DNA of 64,000 nucleotides from Gemmatimonadales bacterium (GTDB lineage Bacteria; Gemmatimonadota; Gemmatimonadetes; Gemmatimonadales; GWC2-71-9), in NCBI GenBank assembly GCA_044229245.1, contig JBGATI010000002.1, positions 261,302-325,301 of the forward strand, in the 5' to 3' direction. The notes beneath the pieces are model-generated. The model ran no database searches. It was not told the origin of the DNA and saw only the letters and a list, made by a program, of their open reading frames with translations. How positions within the stretch are numbered: position 1 is the first letter of the stretch; each line of letters begins with the position of its first letter. The position numbers and the translations under genes are program-made. Positions 52,106 to 61,953 of this stretch are shown one piece after another.

Positions 52106-53650
52106 ATGACCTCCACCGCCTCGTTCGCCGCGCCTGACAATGAAGCCGCCGTCCCGCCTCCTGCCGCGGGACGGACCTCCGCGCTGGTGATCGGCTCGGG
52201 GATCGGTGGTCTCGCCGCCGCCGCCCGGCTCGCGCACGCCGGCTATCGGGTGACGGTGCTCGAGCGGCACGACGTCCCGGGCGGCCGGGCCGGGGTCTGG
52301 AAGTCGGAGGGCTTCACCTTCGACACCGGGCCGTCGCTGGTGATGATGGTGGAGTACTGGCAGAAGCTGTTCCGGGAGATGGGACGGCGGTTCGAGGACT
52401 ATGTCGACCTGGTCCAGATCGATCCCTGTTACCGGATCCACTTCGCCGATGGCGTCTGGCACGACCGCACCAGCGTGCTGAACCGGCTCATCGAGAATTG
52501 TGAGGCGATGGAGCCGGGCTGCGGGCCGAACCTCCTCGAGTACCTCGCCGTCACGGGGCGGATGTACGACAGCGGGCTCAAGTACATCAGCCGGAACATG
52601 CACACCCCCGCCTCGATGATCTCGGGCGATGTCCGCGGCCTGCTCTTCAGCCGCGCCCTCGGCGACCTGCAGCGGCTGGTGAAGAAGTACTTCAAGGACG
52701 AGCGGCTGCAGCAGTCGATGAGCTTCCAGACGCTGTACCTGGGTCTGTCCCCCTACGAGTCGCTCGCGATCTATTCCCTGCTGCCCTTCGTCGAGGTGGC
52801 GGGCGGGGTGCACTACCCGATGGGCGGCATGCACATGCTGCCGCTCGCGCTGGAGCGGCTCGGCAAGGAGCTCGGCGTGACCTACCGCTATGGCGCGCAG
52901 GTCGAGAGGCTCGAGCGGAGCGGTGGCCGCGTGACCGCCTGCCTCCTCAAGGGCGGGGAGCGGGTGCCGGCGGACGTGGTCGTCGCCAACGCCGATCTCC
53001 CGTACGTCTACGACCAGCTCCTCGAGGAGCCCTACCCGAACATCGAATCGAAACGGTTCTCCTGTTCGGTGGTGCTGATGTACATCGGAACGAAGCGGGA
53101 GTTTCCCCACCTCCAGCACCACAACTTCGTGGTCGGGAACGACATGAAGACGGCCTGCGAGGACCTCTTCGTCCGGCACCGGATGCCTGACGACCCGCCG
53201 TTCTACGTGGTCGCCACCAGCCGCACCGACGGGTCCGTCGCGCCCCCCGGCTGCGAGAATCTGTTCGTCCTCGTGCTCGCGCCGGCGCAGCCGCGCGACA
53301 AGGCGAAGTGGATCGACTGGGAGAAGGAAGGCCCGCGGGTCGAGGCCCAGACGCTCGAGCGGATGGAGCGCCAGCTCGGCATGGCCGGGCTCCGCGAGTC
53401 GATCGTCACCAGGAAGCTCGTCACCCCGGCGACCTTCACGGAGCGCTACGGGAACCTGCGCGGTGAGGCGTTCGGGCTGTCGCACAATTTCATGCAGATC
53501 GGCTACTTCCGTCCGCACAATCGGCACGCGGCGCTCAAGAATCTCTTCTTCGTCGGCCAGAGCACTCATCCCGGATGCGGCGTGCCGATGGCGCTCATCT
53601 CCGCGGAGTGCCTGGCGGAGCGGATTCTCGCGGAGGCGCCGGCCCGATGA
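52106..53650 (+). CDS. crtI: phytoene desaturase
   Basis: N-terminal VIGSGIGGLAAAARLA FAD motif and a C-terminal GQSTHPGCGVP. Confidence 0.9.
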   Translation: MTSTASFAAPDNEAAVPPPAAGRTSALVIGSGIGGLAAAARLAHAGYRVTVLERHDVPGGRAGVWKSEGFTFDTGPSLVMMVEYWQKLFREMGRRFEDYVDLVQIDPCYRIHFADGVWHDRTSVLNRLIENCEAMEPGCGPNLLEYLAVTGRMYDSGLKYISRNMHTPASMISGDVRGLLFSRALGDLQRLVKKYFKDERLQQSMSFQTLYLGLSPYESLAIYSLLPFVEVAGGVHYPMGGMHMLPLALERLGKELGVTYRYGAQVERLERSGGRVTACLLKGGERVPADVVVANADLPYVYDQLLEEPYPNIESKRFSCSVVLMYIGTKREFPHLQHHNFVVGNDMKTACEDLFVRHRMPDDPPFYVVATSRTDGSVAPPGCENLFVLVLAPAQPRDKAKWIDWEKEGPRVEAQTLERMERQLGMAGLRESIVTRKLVTPATFTERYGNLRGEAFGLSHNFMQIGYFRPHNRHAALKNLFFVGQSTHPGCGVPMALISAECLAERILAEAPAR

Positions 53651-54549
53651 TGCTGGACGAGCTCGAACGGAGCTACGTCCGCGCCGAAGGGGTGACCGCG
53701 GAGTGGGCGAAGAGCTTCTACTTCGCCAGCCGGTTCCTGCCGGTGGAGAAGAAGCGCGCGATCTTCGCGATCTACGACTATTGCCGGCACGTCGACAACC
53801 TGGTCGACCAGCGGGGCAGCCGTTCCGTGGCCGACGTCCGGCAGGAGCTGGCCGCGCTCGGCGACACCGTGCGGGCGATCCACGCGGGCAAGACGCCCGT
53901 TCCTCCTCGCTGGCTCGCGCTGGCGGACACGCTGCACCGTCACCGGGTCCCGCTCGCGCCGCTCCTGGAACTCCTCGACGGCGTCGCGATGGATCTGGGG
54001 GCCGTCATGATGCCTGACTTCCCCGCGCTGCTGCAGTACTCCCGCTACGTTGCGGGCGGCGTCGGCCTCATGATCGGCCCCGTCCTGGGGGTGGACGATC
54101 GGCGCTTCGACGAACTCGGCATCCGGCTCGGCGTCGCGATGCAGCTCACCAACGTCCTGCGGGACGTTCGGGAAGATCTCGACAACGACCGGGTCTACCT
54201 GCCGCTCGATGAACTGGCCGCGTTCGGCCTCTCGCGCGCCGATCTCGAACGCCGGGTGCTCACCCCGCGACTGCGCGATTTCCTGGTCTTCCAGGTGTCG
54301 CGGGCACGGGAGTGGTTTGCGTCCGCCGACTCGGCGATCCCGATCTTTCCCGATGATGGCTCCCGCCTGACCGTCCGCCTGCTGCAGCAGACCTATGCCG
54401 GCATTCTGGACCAGATCGAACGCGCCGACTATGACGTCTTCCGGGGCCGGGCCAGCGTGCCCTTCGCGCGGAAGCTCGTGATCCTGGGCCGCGCCTTCTG
54501 GCGCGAACGCCAGTATCGCGGCGTGGAGCCGGGCCTCACGCCCACCTGA
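53647..54549 (+). CDS. crtB: phytoene synthase
   Basis: SFYFASRFLP, YDYCRHVDNLVD and NVLRDVREDLDNDRVYLP motifs. ATGA overlap with crtI. Confidence 0.9.
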   Translation: MMLDELERSYVRAEGVTAEWAKSFYFASRFLPVEKKRAIFAIYDYCRHVDNLVDQRGSRSVADVRQELAALGDTVRAIHAGKTPVPPRWLALADTLHRHRVPLAPLLELLDGVAMDLGAVMMPDFPALLQYSRYVAGGVGLMIGPVLGVDDRRFDELGIRLGVAMQLTNVLRDVREDLDNDRVYLPLDELAAFGLSRADLERRVLTPRLRDFLVFQVSRAREWFASADSAIPIFPDDGSRLTVRLLQQTYAGILDQIERADYDVFRGRASVPFARKLVILGRAFWRERQYRGVEPGLTPT

Positions 54550-54653
54550 TTCCCTTCCTGAACGCTTCCGACGCTTCCCCACCGCCTCGGCGGTTCGCCG
54601 CCCGGGCCTTCGAGCGATACCTGCGTCGGCTCGCCTCCCGGCACTTCGCCGCG

Positions 54654-55349
54654 GTGCATTGGGGTGGAGACGTGCCCGGCGCCCAACCGGTCCCGGGATC
54701 TGTACTCTTTGTCGCGAATCACACGAACTGGTGGGACGGGTTCCTCGCCTGCCTGACGACCGCCCGGCTTGGCCTGCACTTCCACGTGCTGATGGAGGCG
54801 CAGCATCTGGAACGGTACTGGGGGTTCAGGTGGGTCGGCGCGCTGCCGATGCGACGGGAATCCCCCCATGGCGCCTATCACGATCTCGAGCGTGCCTCAC
54901 TGGTCCTCCGCCGTCCGGCGACGGGGCTGTGGATCTTTCCGCAGGGCTCGAGGCGACCACCGGAGGAACCCATCGCGGGCACCGAGCGGGGAGCAGCCCA
55001 TCTCGTGCTCGGCGCGGACCGGCCGCTGACGATTCGACCGGTGGGGTTCCGCTACCGCTATCGCGGAGAGCAGATTCCTGACGCCTTTGTGTGGCTCGGC
55101 CGCGCCTTCACGGTGGACCCGGGTGCGACGCCGGCCACGGCCCGCCGCCTCCGCCGCAAGCAGCTCGCGGAACGGATCGAAGCCCGGCTCAGCGAGACAG
55201 TCGGGGAACTCGACGAGCGGCTGGCGACAGAGGACCTGAGCGACTTCACCGTGCTGCTGCCGGGCAGGTTGTCCATCAACAAACGGCTGGACCGGGTGCG
55301 TCATGCGCTCGGCCTGCTCAACGGGCCCTTCGACGATCGCAATGGTTGA
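54654..55349 (+). CDS. PlsC-family acyltransferase
   Basis: HxxxxD motif in FVANHTNWWDG, then FPQGSRR. The true start is probably upstream (see findings). Confidence 0.7.
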   Translation: MHWGGDVPGAQPVPGSVLFVANHTNWWDGFLACLTTARLGLHFHVLMEAQHLERYWGFRWVGALPMRRESPHGAYHDLERASLVLRRPATGLWIFPQGSRRPPEEPIAGTERGAAHLVLGADRPLTIRPVGFRYRYRGEQIPDAFVWLGRAFTVDPGATPATARRLRRKQLAERIEARLSETVGELDERLATEDLSDFTVLLPGRLSINKRLDRVRHALGLLNGPFDDRNG

Positions 55350-55791
55350 CTACCAGGTCTTACGCGCGCTGCACGTGACGGGAGCGGTGCTGATGGTCGG
55401 CAACGTGACCGTGACCGGTGTCTGGTCCGCGTATCTCTACCGGCACTGGCGGGATGCCACGATGCCGTTCCGGCCGATCGCGCGAGCGATTCTCTGGACC
55501 GACCTCGTCTTCACGACGGGCGGCGGTGCCATGCTGACCATCACGGGGGTGGTGATGGCGCTGCAGGTGGGGTTCCCCTTCTTCACGACGCCCTGGCTGC
55601 TCAAGGGCATCGTTTCGCTCGCCCTTTCCACGCTCTCGTGGCTGGTATTCCTGCTGCCTGACCAGGTCCGGCTGGAGCGGAGCAGCGATCCCGTGGTGAT
55701 CCGGCGGGTTTTCATCCGCTGGTCGGTGATCGGATGGGCGTCGACCGTCCTCCTTTACTATGGGCTCTGGGCAATGGTGATGAAGCGGTGA
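55342..55791 (+). CDS. DUF2269-like integral membrane protein
   Basis: Four hydrophobic helices. Start trimmed to ATG 55342, which overlaps the acyltransferase stop. Confidence 0.6.
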   Translation: MVDYQVLRALHVTGAVLMVGNVTVTGVWSAYLYRHWRDATMPFRPIARAILWTDLVFTTGGGAMLTITGVVMALQVGFPFFTTPWLLKGIVSLALSTLSWLVFLLPDQVRLERSSDPVVIRRVFIRWSVIGWASTVLLYYGLWAMVMKR

Positions 55792-55846
55792 CGGGTGTAT
55801 CTTCTCCCTCCCAATAACCTTACCGCCGCCAGTCGGAGAGTCAGCC

Positions 55847-56380
55847 GTGTCCAACGACGAGCCCGAGTACATCAAGGCCATCAAGCGTGCCCAGGAGAAG
55901 AAGTCCTCCGGTGCGCCGGCCAAAAGCGCCACCAGCATCAAGAGCGGTCCCCCCTCGCCGGCCGAACGTGAAGCCATCCGCTGGGCGCGAGAGGTCGGAG
56001 GCAAGGATGTTCGAATCGCCGCCTCGGTCACCGGAGCCAAGGTGGCGCTGCTGATCCAGCCGATCACGCCCTTTGGCAGTCCCCCGGTGACCCTCGAGGG
56101 TCTGAATGGGCGAGAGGCGCTGGCCGAGCGGGTGAAGTCGGCGCAGGGTGGTGGTGAGAATGTGCTGGGCTGCTTCGAGCTGACGACGGGACGGCCGCTG
56201 ACGGCGGAATTGGCCGATGGCAAGGTGACGTTCACCGCCGGCGCTGCCCGCCAGATCATGAAGTCGGAGAGCCCCGACCGCATGATTCGTCTCGCAGCCA
56301 AGCAGGCGGAGGAGCTCGCCAAGACCCGAAAGCTGGACGACCGGGACAAGGGCGGCCGGGGACAGGGCGGCCGCCGCTAA
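55847..56380 (+). CDS. hypothetical protein
   Basis: 177-aa GTG-initiated ORF with plausible composition. No family recognised. Confidence 0.45.
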   Translation: MSNDEPEYIKAIKRAQEKKSSGAPAKSATSIKSGPPSPAEREAIRWAREVGGKDVRIAASVTGAKVALLIQPITPFGSPPVTLEGLNGREALAERVKSAQGGGENVLGCFELTTGRPLTAELADGKVTFTAGAARQIMKSESPDRMIRLAAKQAEELAKTRKLDDRDKGGRGQGGRR

Positions 56381-56546
56381 CCGCTCGTAAAGGAGTCAGG
56401 AACGTCAGGGTGCCGCGCCGGGAAGTCTCCGGTACGGCACCCTGACTCTTTCCGTGCCGGAAGCTCGGGGCGCGATCCGCGCGGGGTGCCGCCGCACGGG
56501 GTGCGTCCGCGTTGACAACCCGCGAAACCTCCCGCATCCTCCCCTC

Positions 56547-57095
56547 ATGCCACCAGCCAAGCCGCCCCGCAAACGCTTCACCAAGCGCACCATCGTCGCG
56601 CTCCTCGTCCTCGTCGCGATCCTGGGTGGTCTCTTGTGGGATGGGAGCCCGCTCGGCAGTCTGCTCCTTCGTCAGGCGCTCCGGATCAAGTTCCAGGGGG
56701 TGCGCCAGGTCTCGCCCGCCGAACTCGTGGCCTGGATGGCCGATCCCAACCGGCCGCCGCCGATGCTGATCGACGCGCGCCCGGCGGAGCAGTACGCGGT
56801 CAGCCGGATCGATGGCGCCGTGGAGATCGATCCCGCCGCTCCCGACCTCCAGCCGCTGTATCACATCTCGAAGGATCAGCCGCTGGTCGTCTACGATGCC
56901 ACCGGGGTCTACGGTACCGCGATGGTCCTCGCGCTCACGCGGGAGGGGTTCACGCGAGTCTCGAACCTCGAAGGCGGGCTCTTCCGCTGGGCCAACGAGG
57001 GGCATCCCCTCGTCTCCGACTCCGGTCCGGCGACCAAGGTGTTCCCGCTTACCTGGACCTGGGGACGGCTCCTCAAGGGTCGCTTCCACCCATGA
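56547..57095 (+). CDS. membrane-anchored rhodanese-like domain protein (no catalytic Cys seen)
   Basis: TM helix IVALLVLVAILGGLL. The rhodanese-like fold runs MLIDARPAEQYAVSRIDGAV...LVVYDATGVYG...LEGGLFRW, with Asp in place of the active-site Cys. Confidence 0.65.
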   Translation: MPPAKPPRKRFTKRTIVALLVLVAILGGLLWDGSPLGSLLLRQALRIKFQGVRQVSPAELVAWMADPNRPPPMLIDARPAEQYAVSRIDGAVEIDPAAPDLQPLYHISKDQPLVVYDATGVYGTAMVLALTREGFTRVSNLEGGLFRWANEGHPLVSDSGPATKVFPLTWTWGRLLKGRFHP

Positions 57096-59581
57096 TGGCT
57101 CGCCGCCTCGGCGATGTGCTGGCCGGGGCGGTGCTGCTGGTCCTGCTCGCGCTCAGCGTGCGACGCAACGGTCCGCTGCCGGCGCTGGGTCGCCTCCTCG
57201 ATCCCGCCAGTGGTGTCTGGAGCGTTGCCCGCCAGGCGGAGCTGGCCCCCACCGCGGCCGGTCACGTCCCCGGGCTCGGTGGCCCAGTCACGGTCCGGTT
57301 CGACCACCGTGGCGTCCCCCACATCTTCGCCGGCTCCGAGACCGACGCCATCCGGGCCCTCGGCTACGTCGTCGCACGCGACCGGCTGCTGCAGATGGAG
57401 CTCCAGTGGCGGGCCGGGGCCGGGCGCCTGACGGAGCTCGCGGGCTCCGCACTGCTCCGGCTCGATCGCAAGTCGCGGCAGCTCGGGCTCGCCGATGCGG
57501 CGGACGCCCACTTCGCCGCGCTGGCGCCTGACTCGCGGGACCGGCGGCTGCTCGAGGCCTTCTCCGCCGGGGTGAATGCCTGGATCGATCAACTCGGCCC
57601 GCGCGATCTCCCGCTCGAATACCATCTGCTCGGCCGGCGGCCGGCACGCTGGGCGCCCGTCTACAGCCTGTATCTCCTGGGGCGCATGGGATGGACCCTC
57701 GCACTCAGCGATCTCGAGGAGAATCACGAGGCGGCCCGCGCGCTCGTTGGTGAGGCCGCCGCGGATGCGCTCTATCCGATCAACAGCCCCATCCAGGAAC
57801 CGATTCAGCCCAACGGGCAGCGCGCGCCGCGCGAGGACTTCGCGCCGCTCCCGCCGCCGGGTGCTCCCGATCCGCTCGCCGGGCGCGCCGCCGGCCCGGA
57901 GCGCGAGCCGCTCCCACGCCTCGCAGGGGTCGGCGGCACGTCAGGCCGGGCGGTCGATGCGTTAGGCAGCAACAACTGGGCGGTCGCTCCCGGCCGCACC
58001 CGGAATGGGTACGCCCTGCTGGCCGGTGATCCCCATCTGGAACTGAGCCTGCCCTCGATCTGGTACGAGGCGCATCTCGTCGTTCCGGACTCGCTCGATG
58101 TGTACGGGGTCACGATCCCGGGCGCGCCCGGCATCACGATCGGGTTCACGCGAGACCTCGCCTGGACCTTCACCAACGCCGAAGCCGATGTGCTCGACCG
58201 CTACGCGGAGGTGGTGGATGACAGCCTCGCGCCGTCACGCTACCGGATCGACGGTCAGTGGCGGCCGCTGCGGCTCGTGCCGCAGCTCTTTCGCGGGACC
58301 GACGGGGCGGTGCTCGCCGCCGACACGCTTCGCTACACCCACCGCGGGCCGCTGACCCGCGATCGCAGCGGCCGCTGGTCCTCGATGCGGTGGACCGTGC
58401 TCGAGGCGGGGAACGAACTCGTCGCCTTCGCGCGCGCCGCGCGGGCGCGGACGGCGACGGCCTGGCTCGACTCGATGGCCGACTATCAGGCCCCCGCGCA
58501 GAACATGCTGGTCGCCGATCGCGGCGGGAGCATCGCGATCCGGACGACGGGTCGCTTCCCGCTCCGCCCCGGCGCTGGCCGCGGTGACCAGTTCCAGCGC
58601 GGCGACACCTCGGCGAGCGACTGGATCGGGGACTGGCCGGTGCGCACGCTGCCGCAGTCGCTGAATCCCGCCCAGGGCTATCTCGCCTCGGCCAATCAGC
58701 AGCCGGTGGACCCGCGCGTCGACGCGCGCTATCTCGGGGCCGACTGGTACACGCCGGCCCGGGCGCTCCGCATCAACGAGCTGTTGCGCGCGGACAACGC
58801 GGTGACGCCGGACGCGATGCGCCGCTATCAGACCGATCCCGGCAGTCCCCTCGCCGATCGGCTGGTGCCGGCATTCCTCCATGCCGCACGTCGCCATCCG
58901 GAGCGCGCGTCGCTGCAGCGGGCCGCCACGCTGCTTGCCCAATGGGATCGCCGCTATACGCTCGACAACCAGCGCGCCGTCCTCTACGAAGAGGCCATGC
59001 ACCAGCTCGGACCGCTGCTCTGGGACGAACTCGAGCTCCCGACACCTGGGCATGCGACGCCGTCTTTGCCCGGCACGGCGATCGTACTGGAGTTGCTCAG
59101 GGACTCGACCAGCCGGTGGTGGGACGACCGCGGCACCAAGGACGTGGTGGAGGACCGCGACGCAATCCTCGCCGAGGCACTCGAGCGGGCGCTGAAGACG
59201 ACGCTCCGCGAGCATGGCGAGCCCGATGCGGGCGGATGGCGGTGGGACCGGATTCGCCATGCCAGCATCTATCATCTACTCAGGCTCCGAGCGCTGTCCG
59301 CGCTCGGTGTGCCGGTGCAGGGAGGGATGTCGACCCTCAATCCCTCGAGCGGCGACGGGAGCTTCGGGCCGAGCTGGCGGATGGTCGTCGAACTCGGACC
59401 GGAGGTGCACGGCTGGGGGATCTATCCCGGGGGACAGTCGGGGAATCCTGCGAGCACGCGATACCTCGATCGGCTTAGCGCCTGGAGCAGAGGCGAACTG
59501 GATACCCTGTTCATGCCGAGGAGCGCGGAGGCCGCGGCGGCGAGCGTGGTGAGTGATCTCAGGCTGGAGCCCGCCAGATGA
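57092..59581 (+). CDS. penicillin/AHL acylase family Ntn-hydrolase
   Basis: LGSNNWAV supplies the beta-subunit N-terminal Ser nucleophile. The size and a C-terminal GGQSGNP motif fit the family. ATGA overlap with the rhodanese gene. Confidence 0.85.
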   Translation: MMARRLGDVLAGAVLLVLLALSVRRNGPLPALGRLLDPASGVWSVARQAELAPTAAGHVPGLGGPVTVRFDHRGVPHIFAGSETDAIRALGYVVARDRLLQMELQWRAGAGRLTELAGSALLRLDRKSRQLGLADAADAHFAALAPDSRDRRLLEAFSAGVNAWIDQLGPRDLPLEYHLLGRRPARWAPVYSLYLLGRMGWTLALSDLEENHEAARALVGEAAADALYPINSPIQEPIQPNGQRAPREDFAPLPPPGAPDPLAGRAAGPEREPLPRLAGVGGTSGRAVDALGSNNWAVAPGRTRNGYALLAGDPHLELSLPSIWYEAHLVVPDSLDVYGVTIPGAPGITIGFTRDLAWTFTNAEADVLDRYAEVVDDSLAPSRYRIDGQWRPLRLVPQLFRGTDGAVLAADTLRYTHRGPLTRDRSGRWSSMRWTVLEAGNELVAFARAARARTATAWLDSMADYQAPAQNMLVADRGGSIAIRTTGRFPLRPGAGRGDQFQRGDTSASDWIGDWPVRTLPQSLNPAQGYLASANQQPVDPRVDARYLGADWYTPARALRINELLRADNAVTPDAMRRYQTDPGSPLADRLVPAFLHAARRHPERASLQRAATLLAQWDRRYTLDNQRAVLYEEAMHQLGPLLWDELELPTPGHATPSLPGTAIVLELLRDSTSRWWDDRGTKDVVEDRDAILAEALERALKTTLREHGEPDAGGWRWDRIRHASIYHLLRLRALSALGVPVQGGMSTLNPSSGDGSFGPSWRMVVELGPEVHGWGIYPGGQSGNPASTRYLDRLSAWSRGELDTLFMPRSAEAAAASVVSDLRLEPAR

Positions 59582-59928
59582 TGCGCCGGCTCGGAGGTAT
59601 CGCGATCGCCGCGGCAGTCATGGCGGCGGGGACCTGGTTGCTCGGCTGGTGGGCGCTGCTGGTCGCGGCCGTCGCATGGCAGCTCGCCGATCAGGATGGC
59701 CCTCCGTGGCGCGTCGGGGTCGCCGCGTCCCTCGGCTGGACACTGCTCCTCGCATTCATCCCCCTCGCACCACTTGGCCGACTGACCGCGCGGCTGGCCG
59801 GCGTCTTCCAGCTCGCGCCCTGGGGGATGGTAGTCCTCGAGCTTGGCTATGCCGCGCTGCTCGGCTGGAGCGCCGCCAGGGTGACGGCGGCGCTCGTCGG
59901 CCTCAGGCCGTCTTCATCGCGAAGGTGA
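59578..59928 (+). CDS. small membrane protein
   Basis: Three to four hydrophobic helices. ATGA overlap with the acylase stop. Confidence 0.5.
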   Translation: MMRRLGGIAIAAAVMAAGTWLLGWWALLVAAVAWQLADQDGPPWRVGVAASLGWTLLLAFIPLAPLGRLTARLAGVFQLAPWGMVVLELGYAALLGWSAARVTAALVGLRPSSSRR

Positions 59929-60304
59929 CCAGCGCCCCGCCCGGTTCGCGGACCGTGATCTCCTCCATCCCGTAGAAGGTCGTGTGGCGCTCGACGACGC
60001 GCGGATAGCCCTCAAGGGCGTGGTCGACCGCGTCGAGATCGCCGACGTCGAGGAAGAGCGAAACGGAGTGGCCCCGCGGGGCGGCCGCGACCTCCGGGAG
60101 GTCGGCTTCGAGTGCGGCCCACGTCTGATACATCACCTCCAGCCCGTCCCTGACCAGGATCACGAACTGGGGCTCGCCGTCCGCCCCGGGGACCTCGGCC
60201 ACCGACTGGAAGCCCAGCCGCTCGGTCCAGAAGGGGAGGCAGGGGGGGATCCGGTCGACGAAGAGGACCGGCGTAAGACGATGGAACAGAACGCTTTCAG
60301 TCAT
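59903..60304 (-). CDS. VOC (glyoxalase/bleomycin-resistance) family protein
   Basis: LTPVLFVDRIPPCLPFWTERLGF ... FYGMEEITVREPGGALVTF is typical of a VOC fold. Confidence 0.8.
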   Translation of the reverse strand: MTESVLFHRLTPVLFVDRIPPCLPFWTERLGFQSVAEVPGADGEPQFVILVRDGLEVMYQTWAALEADLPEVAAAPRGHSVSLFLDVGDLDAVDHALEGYPRVVERHTTFYGMEEITVREPGGALVTFAMKTA

Positions 60305-60420
60305 GCTCGACTCCCGGGGACTGGTTAGGCTGGGGGGTCATGTCTAGATTACAGCGGACCGATAACTGCGGAGGGACCCCCTGACCCCATTCGCTGGACC
60401 TCATCACTGAAGGAATAGTT

Positions 60421-60861
60421 GTGTCACGAGCAAACCGTCGTCCCACCTCCTCACCACCTCCGACCCGCGCCCGCAGCCTTGGTCGTCGCTCGATGGATGC
60501 CCATCGCCAATGGCTCATCGACCGCTATGGCCCGATCTGCGCTTATTGCGGGACCGAGATTCCTGGGGACCGTACCACGCTGGACCACGTCTACCCCCGC
60601 AAGGGTCAGACGGCTTACGATCGGCCCGATAACCTGGTGATCGCCTGCCAGCCCTGCAACTCCGCCAAAGCCGATACGCCGTTCATCGCCTTCATCGCGC
60701 AGAAGCGCGCCCGTGGAGTCTTTCTGCTCCACTATGGAGAGCATCTCTCCGACTGGGTGAAGGACATGATCCGCCAGGCCTCGGAGCGCGACTGGCTCCC
60801 GCCCAACCGGCCGAAGTTCGTGCCGCACGTCGGGAATGGCAACGGGAACGGCCAGCACTAG
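60421..60861 (+). CDS. HNH endonuclease
   Basis: CAYCG...LDHVYP...DNLVIACQPCNSAK is an HNH motif. The start may be ATG 60493. Confidence 0.8.
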   Translation: MSRANRRPTSSPPPTRARSLGRRSMDAHRQWLIDRYGPICAYCGTEIPGDRTTLDHVYPRKGQTAYDRPDNLVIACQPCNSAKADTPFIAFIAQKRARGVFLLHYGEHLSDWVKDMIRQASERDWLPPNRPKFVPHVGNGNGNGQH

Positions 60862-60956
60862 CCTGCCGGGCACCCACGGAGCGGTGAAGAGCAAGGGCCG
60901 GCGTCCACCACGGACGCCGGCCCTTCGAGCTTCCGGGGAATTCTCCGCCCGACCTC

Positions 60957-61763
60957 TCAGGCGGAAGGGATCCGGTCGAGTGCGGCAGCGGGGGCGGTCT
61001 GAGTCAGGCACTGATACAGGGCGAGGCCCGGATAGAAGTTCGGGGTCAGGCAGGGGACGCTGAGCCGGGTCTTTCCGGTCGCGCGCTCGATGACCAGGAA
61101 GAAGCCGTTGCTCATCCGTGTTTCGATTGCCGTGAAGGCGAGCGCCGTGCTGCCGGCGTCGTCCTCGAGCAGGATCGCATCCCGGGACAGCGAGACCTTC
61201 GGTGGCCGAGGCACGACCCGCTGGATCTCCGTCAGCCAGCGCGCCCGCTTGGTCCGTGCCAGCTCCTGCTCCATCTGGGCCCGACCTCGGCTGGTCAGCG
61301 CCTCGACGACGCGGGCCAGATCGGCATCCTGGCCGCCGCGCGGTTGCACCGTTACCCGCAGCGTCTTGCCGGTCCGAGGGATCAGGCTCAGGGTATCGGT
61401 GACCTGCCCGGCGCGCGAGATCCTCGAGTAGGCGAAGGTGCGCATGTCGCGGTACTGCATCTCCCGCCGACCAAAGAGGCTCTCCGTCACAATCCCCTGT
61501 TCGTGGATGCGCGCGCGGTAGGAAAGGGTCCAGCCCACGAGCGCCAGCATGCCTAGCGCAAGCAGCAGGACCGACACCGTCGCGAGGGTGAGCGGACCCG
61601 CGCTGAGGGCCACCCAGAGAAACGCCAGCGCCACGGGCGTCAGGAGCAGTGCGCTGGACCGGGGCAGCCGCTTCTCGAAGATCAGCGGACCGTATTTCCG
61701 GTCCTCGACAGGGGGGGACATCGGACGATCCTCCGGTGACGAAGTCTGCATGGACAGTGGCAC
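60957..61763 (-). CDS. membrane protein, unknown function
   Basis: Two adjacent TM helices (LLLTPVALAFLWVAL, VLLLALGMLALVGW) followed by a soluble domain. Start uncertain. Confidence 0.5.
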   Translation of the reverse strand: MPLSMQTSSPEDRPMSPPVEDRKYGPLIFEKRLPRSSALLLTPVALAFLWVALSAGPLTLATVSVLLLALGMLALVGWTLSYRARIHEQGIVTESLFGRREMQYRDMRTFAYSRISRAGQVTDTLSLIPRTGKTLRVTVQPRGGQDADLARVVEALTSRGRAQMEQELARTKRARWLTEIQRVVPRPPKVSLSRDAILLEDDAGSTALAFTAIETRMSNGFFLVIERATGKTRLSVPCLTPNFYPGLALYQCLTQTAPAAALDRIPSA

Positions 61764-61953
61764 CGTGCGTTGCCGCGCGGTGGCAACAGGGCTGCCGTCC
61801 AGCGCCTAACTGCAAGCCGGACAAAGCTCTCCAGCACGGCGTTTCGGGATGCTCCCGCTCCGGAAGGCGAGGACCGTGCCGCCTGGTGGCGAAAAAAGGG
61901 GGGTGGGCTTCATGGGAAGCCCACCCCCTCCGTATCGGTGCGTCCGCCGGGGA

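Noticed and set aside
60305-60861. A stand-alone HNH endonuclease behind a lower-GC leader, considered as a possible mobile or defence element.
   Set aside because: It is a single small HNH gene with no partner (no methylase, terminase, intron or intein context) and no flanking repeats. That is not enough evidence for anything beyond the CDS call.
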